UHGV virus genome: UHGV-1442816
DNA: 28,902 bases
Strand: one strand, 5' to 3'
Source of the DNA: a virus
Every line of letters starts with the position of its first letter. Within the stretch, counting starts at the first letter, position 1. The translations under genes and the position numbers were made by a program. The notes below the pieces were generated by a model. That model searched no databases. It saw only the letters and a program-made list of their open reading frames with translations, and was not told the origin of the DNA. Shown piece after piece: positions 26,264-28,902 of the stretch.

Positions 26264-27714
26264 CAGAATCCTCCTTTCTTCTTGGACTGCGGTTCCTCGC
26301 GTTCACGTCGGCGCATTTCAGCAGACTGTTGGTCTGTGTCATAAATAGCGCCATTTGCCTGAATGCAATACACCGTGCCGGTATTGCCATGACGATTGAG
26401 ACGAAGGATTAGTTCGGTTTCACCAGGTGGAACACTGTCATCAAAAGCGCCTTCACGATGGATCCCAACCCAATAATCGCAATCCTGTTCAATCTGCCCT
26501 GTATCGCGCGAGTCACTTGGTAATGGGCGTTTATTGGTTCGGCTTTCCAATGCGCGGTTAAGCTGTGTCAGAAGCACAACAACGCAATCAAGCTCTTTGG
26601 CAAGGTTCTTCAATCCTTTGGTGATCATGCCGTAAGCAAGGTCGTTGCGATCGGCCTTCTCAGCAGTCATTAGTGTCAGGTAATCGACCAGAATCATGCC
26701 AACGCATCCTTTTTCTCGCTTGATTCGACGGCTTTCGCTGACGATTTGAGCCAGAGATAATCCCGGCGTGTCGTCGATGTAAAGCAGGTCGATTTCACTC
26801 AAGCGATTGGCTGTTTCGATCGCCCTGTTGAAGTCACCATCGTAATCACCCTGATAGCCGTCATCAGCGTCATTTGTCGCCGGAAGGTAAAAAATATTCG
26901 GGTTAACACCTGACTTCTGTCCTACCAGTTTTTCCAGTATCTGGTCACCTGGCATTTCAAGGCTGAACATCAGAGCGGGCTTTTTCTCATGCACCGCACA
27001 GTTGATTGCCATCTGGCTGTATAGCGTCGTTTTCCCCATCTTAGGGCGAGCGCCAATGACGAACAGAGAGCCTTTCACCAGACCTTTCGGTGACAGCATC
27101 CTGTCCAGCGATGGGATCCCTGTGCTCATTCCCCGTTGTTCGCCTGATGGGTCAAATCGTTTCTCAAGGTCGCTAACCCAGTCTTCCATAACCTCACCAA
27201 ATGAGCGAAGGCCGCGACGCGATCCGGTTTTTGCATGGTCTGTCAGTTGCGTGAAAATCGCCTGAATAGCTTCGTACTTCTGCGTCGCAGTCATTCCGTT
27301 GCGGGAATAGAGCAATTCCGTCGCTTCAGTCATGCGGTTGATGGCGTAGCGTTCCATTGCGGTTTCGCGAACCTGCATTGCATAGGCAACGATGTTTGCG
27401 GCGCTTGGCGTGTTCTTTGCGATCTCAGTGATATAAGCAAAACCGCCAACAGACGCCGTTAACGATTTACGCTCCAGTTCATCGAAAAGCGTCAGGCCAT
27501 CTACTGGCTTTTGCTCCCGGTGCATTCTGGTTATTTCTTCGAAAATGATTTTGTGTGGTCGGCTGTAAAATGAATCAGGCTTCAGCATCGCCAGAACTTT
27601 CTGGACGCGCTCACTGCTGTCATCATCCAGAAGCAATCCACCAATCACCGCCTGCTCTGCCTCGATGCTATGGGGCGGCGCATAAAAATTATCGGTCATC
27701 GTGTTCACCCTCAC
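26263..27714 (-). CDS. Replicative DNA helicase, DnaB family (P22 gp12-like)
   Basis: 483-aa ORF with N-terminal AEQAVIGGLLLDDD (DnaB N-domain-like) and Walker A GARPKMGKTT. Confidence 0.85.
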   Translation of the reverse strand: MRVNTMTDNFYAPPHSIEAEQAVIGGLLLDDDSSERVQKVLAMLKPDSFYSRPHKIIFEEITRMHREQKPVDGLTLFDELERKSLTASVGGFAYITEIAKNTPSAANIVAYAMQVRETAMERYAINRMTEATELLYSRNGMTATQKYEAIQAIFTQLTDHAKTGSRRGLRSFGEVMEDWVSDLEKRFDPSGEQRGMSTGIPSLDRMLSPKGLVKGSLFVIGARPKMGKTTLYSQMAINCAVHEKKPALMFSLEMPGDQILEKLVGQKSGVNPNIFYLPATNDADDGYQGDYDGDFNRAIETANRLSEIDLLYIDDTPGLSLAQIVSESRRIKREKGCVGMILVDYLTLMTAEKADRNDLAYGMITKGLKNLAKELDCVVVLLTQLNRALESRTNKRPLPSDSRDTGQIEQDCDYWVGIHREGAFDDSVPPGETELILRLNRHGNTGTVYCIQANGAIYDTDQQSAEMRRREREEPQSKKKGGF

Positions 27715-28579
27715 GAACTTTCAGGTAGGTATTATCGTTAAGCAGGAAATCAAATCCCTTTTTGTGCCAGACGGTTCCGCGTTGATGGTTTTGGCGCTCT
27801 TCGAACATCCATCGGCAATTTTCGCCTACGTAGCTCAAATAATTTCTCCAGTCCTGCATCGTGAACCCATGCCCGTCAAGCTGGCGGGTTATCACTCCGG
27901 CTTTGCGCCAGAACGTTCGGATCTGGTTTTTACGCTTGTCATTCAGTGCGCGGATTTTTGGCGCTTCAGGAAGGATTTCGTGGTAAGCATCGACAACATC
28001 CTGACAGCTAACGGAAGGTTTTTTCTTGTCAGACTTTTTGTCTGCTGCGGTACTCTCTAATACGTCAGTATTAGAGATATTATTTATATTATTGTTTATG
28101 GACAACCGTTGGACAACCGTTGGACAATCTCCGCTGAGAGCCGCGCCATTACTGGTGTTTGCGTTGGACAACCGTTGGACAACCGTTGGACAATTTTTTG
28201 CCTGAAAATCGTCATATTTAACGATTGTAAACAGGCTAAATTTCTTCCCCATCGAGCAAATATTAAGCATCCCTTTCGACTCAAAAGTCCGTAATAAGCT
28301 CCGAACTTTGTTGTCGGGGATGAATGTTTCTCTGACCAGCGACGGGCGTCCAGTTATCATCTGACCGCGATCAACAGTTATCGGCCCGATATCCGTATTG
28401 ACGACAGTAGATTCGTGATTAGCCTTGAGGATTAAGTGAAGCCAAAGATGTACTGCCTGAGAGTCCTTATAGAGCCTGCTGTCCATAAACTGGCGGTGTA
28501 TAGAGACATACCCCATACTGGATGCCTCCTGATGTTGTACAGGGTTATGCCTGTAATCAGCTAACTTAACGACGCCCAT
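27689..28579 (-). CDS. Replication initiator, O-like, with origin iterons inside the coding sequence
   Basis: 296-aa ORF directly upstream of the helicase gene; mid-gene iteron clusters encode the repeated peptide CPTVVQRLS. Confidence 0.75.
   Translation of the reverse strand: MGVVKLADYRHNPVQHQEASSMGYVSIHRQFMDSRLYKDSQAVHLWLHLILKANHESTVVNTDIGPITVDRGQMITGRPSLVRETFIPDNKVRSLLRTFESKGMLNICSMGKKFSLFTIVKYDDFQAKNCPTVVQRLSNANTSNGAALSGDCPTVVQRLSINNNINNISNTDVLESTAADKKSDKKKPSVSCQDVVDAYHEILPEAPKIRALNDKRKNQIRTFWRKAGVITRQLDGHGFTMQDWRNYLSYVGENCRWMFEERQNHQRGTVWHKKGFDFLLNDNTYLKVREGEHDDR
28099..28195. repeat. Replication origin iterons: two clusters of TGGACAACCGT repeats
   Basis: TGGACAACCGT at 28099, 28110, 28165 and 28176, each pair followed by a partial copy (TGGACAAT); 35-bp spacer; AT-rich tracts on both sides (28040..28098 and 28191..28245). 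Confidence 0.7.
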
Positions 28580-28727
28580 GTTTCACTCCTGCTTTGGCTA
28601 GTCTGTAAACACCAACAAGGCGCTCTGCGAACGCCCTGTTATTTGCTGCGGCTACCACTAATCCCTCAGGTGAATCAGGGTGTCGAATCTCTTCTTTTTC
28701 CTGGTATTTCTTACGACGTTTTGTCAT
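28569..28727 (-). CDS. Small basic protein between cII and O, unknown function
   Basis: Not in ORF track. ATG at 28727 preceded by AGGAG 5 nt upstream; product MTKRRKKYQEKEEIRHPDSPEGLVVAAANNRAFAERLVGVYRLAKAGVKHGRR (52 aa); stop overlaps the O start. Confidence 0.4.
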
Positions 28728-28736
28728 AATGACTCC

Positions 28737-28815
28737 TGTGGATTGATCCAGTAATGACCTCAGAATTGCATATCAATTTGCTTAAAATCCTCGGTGGCGG
28801 CCGGGGATTTTTTCT
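28737..28815 (+). ncRNA. oop-like antisense RNA overlapping the cII 3' end (putative)
   Basis: Plus-strand hairpin AAAATCCTCGG-TGGCGGC-CCGGGGATTTT followed by TTCTTTGT at 28784..28820 lies antisense to the cII 3' end, as for lambda oop. A possible -10 CATAAT at 28725..28730 would give a ~77-nt transcript. Confidence 0.4.
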
Positions 28816-28902
28816 TTGTGATTTCATCAAGCGCATACTTAAAAGCCCTGCTAATCGGACTGATGTCTGATGCCATTCCTAAAGCACACAAGACCGAAGC
28901 AA
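28760..28902 (-). CDS. cII: CII-like transcriptional activator, C-terminal 47 codons (5' partial)
   Basis: Minus-strand ORF entering from beyond the window end and stopping at TGA 28762..28760; C-terminus ...ITKKKSPAATEDFKQIDMQF resembles lambda CII ...NKKRPAATERSEQIQMEF. Confidence 0.65.
   Translation of the reverse strand, partial: ASVLCALGMASDISPISRAFKYALDEITKKKSPAATEDFKQIDMQF

Noticed and set aside
28099-28195. Short direct repeats that could be taken for a CRISPR array
   Set aside because: The 11-bp units are contiguous with no unique spacers, sit inside a coding sequence and are flanked by AT-rich DNA: origin iterons, not CRISPR.
1-28902. Search for integrase, att site, cI/cro or a recognisable multi-gene defence system
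   Set aside because: None found in this window. The immunity and integration regions would lie beyond the high-coordinate end, past cII.

Overview
The window is a near-complete early-right, late-regulatory, lysis and morphogenesis segment of a lambdoid prophage from an enterobacterium. Almost every gene is on the minus strand, so the genome reads from high to low coordinates. Order: cII 3' end, a small ORF, an O-like initiator with an iteron origin inside it, a DnaB-type helicase, small accessory genes, a nin region (ninB, ninD, ninE, NinX-like, ninF, an HNH endonuclease, a DUF1364-like protein, rusA, ninH), Q antiterminator, the pR'/6S RNA/tR' late control region, lysis cassette (S, R, overlapped Rz/Rz1), terminase small and large subunits, portal, MuF-like head protein, putative protease/scaffold, a major capsid gene interrupted by an in-frame TAG, head-tail joining proteins, then a Mu/P2-like contractile tail (sheath, tube, chaperone with -1 frameshift extension, tape measure with C-terminal lytic transglycosylase motif, hub, spike, gp25/W-like, J, wedge protein) and the 5' part of a tail fibre gene that runs off the window start. 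Q, S, R, NinB, NinD, NinE, NinF and the pR'-6S-tR' DNA match my recollection of phage lambda closely but not identically, while the Rz/Rz1 and virion genes are unrelated to lambda, so this is a mosaic phage. The most notable items are the in-frame amber in the capsid gene, a two-gene secreted-protein moron with its own terminator inside the baseplate operon, an AT-rich HNH endonuclease inside the nin region, a translationally coupled pair of tiny membrane proteins after the helicase, and an extra basic ORF between cII and O. I see no integrase, tRNA, CRISPR array or recognisable multi-gene defence system. All assignments rest on reading the translations and DNA by eye; no database search was possible.
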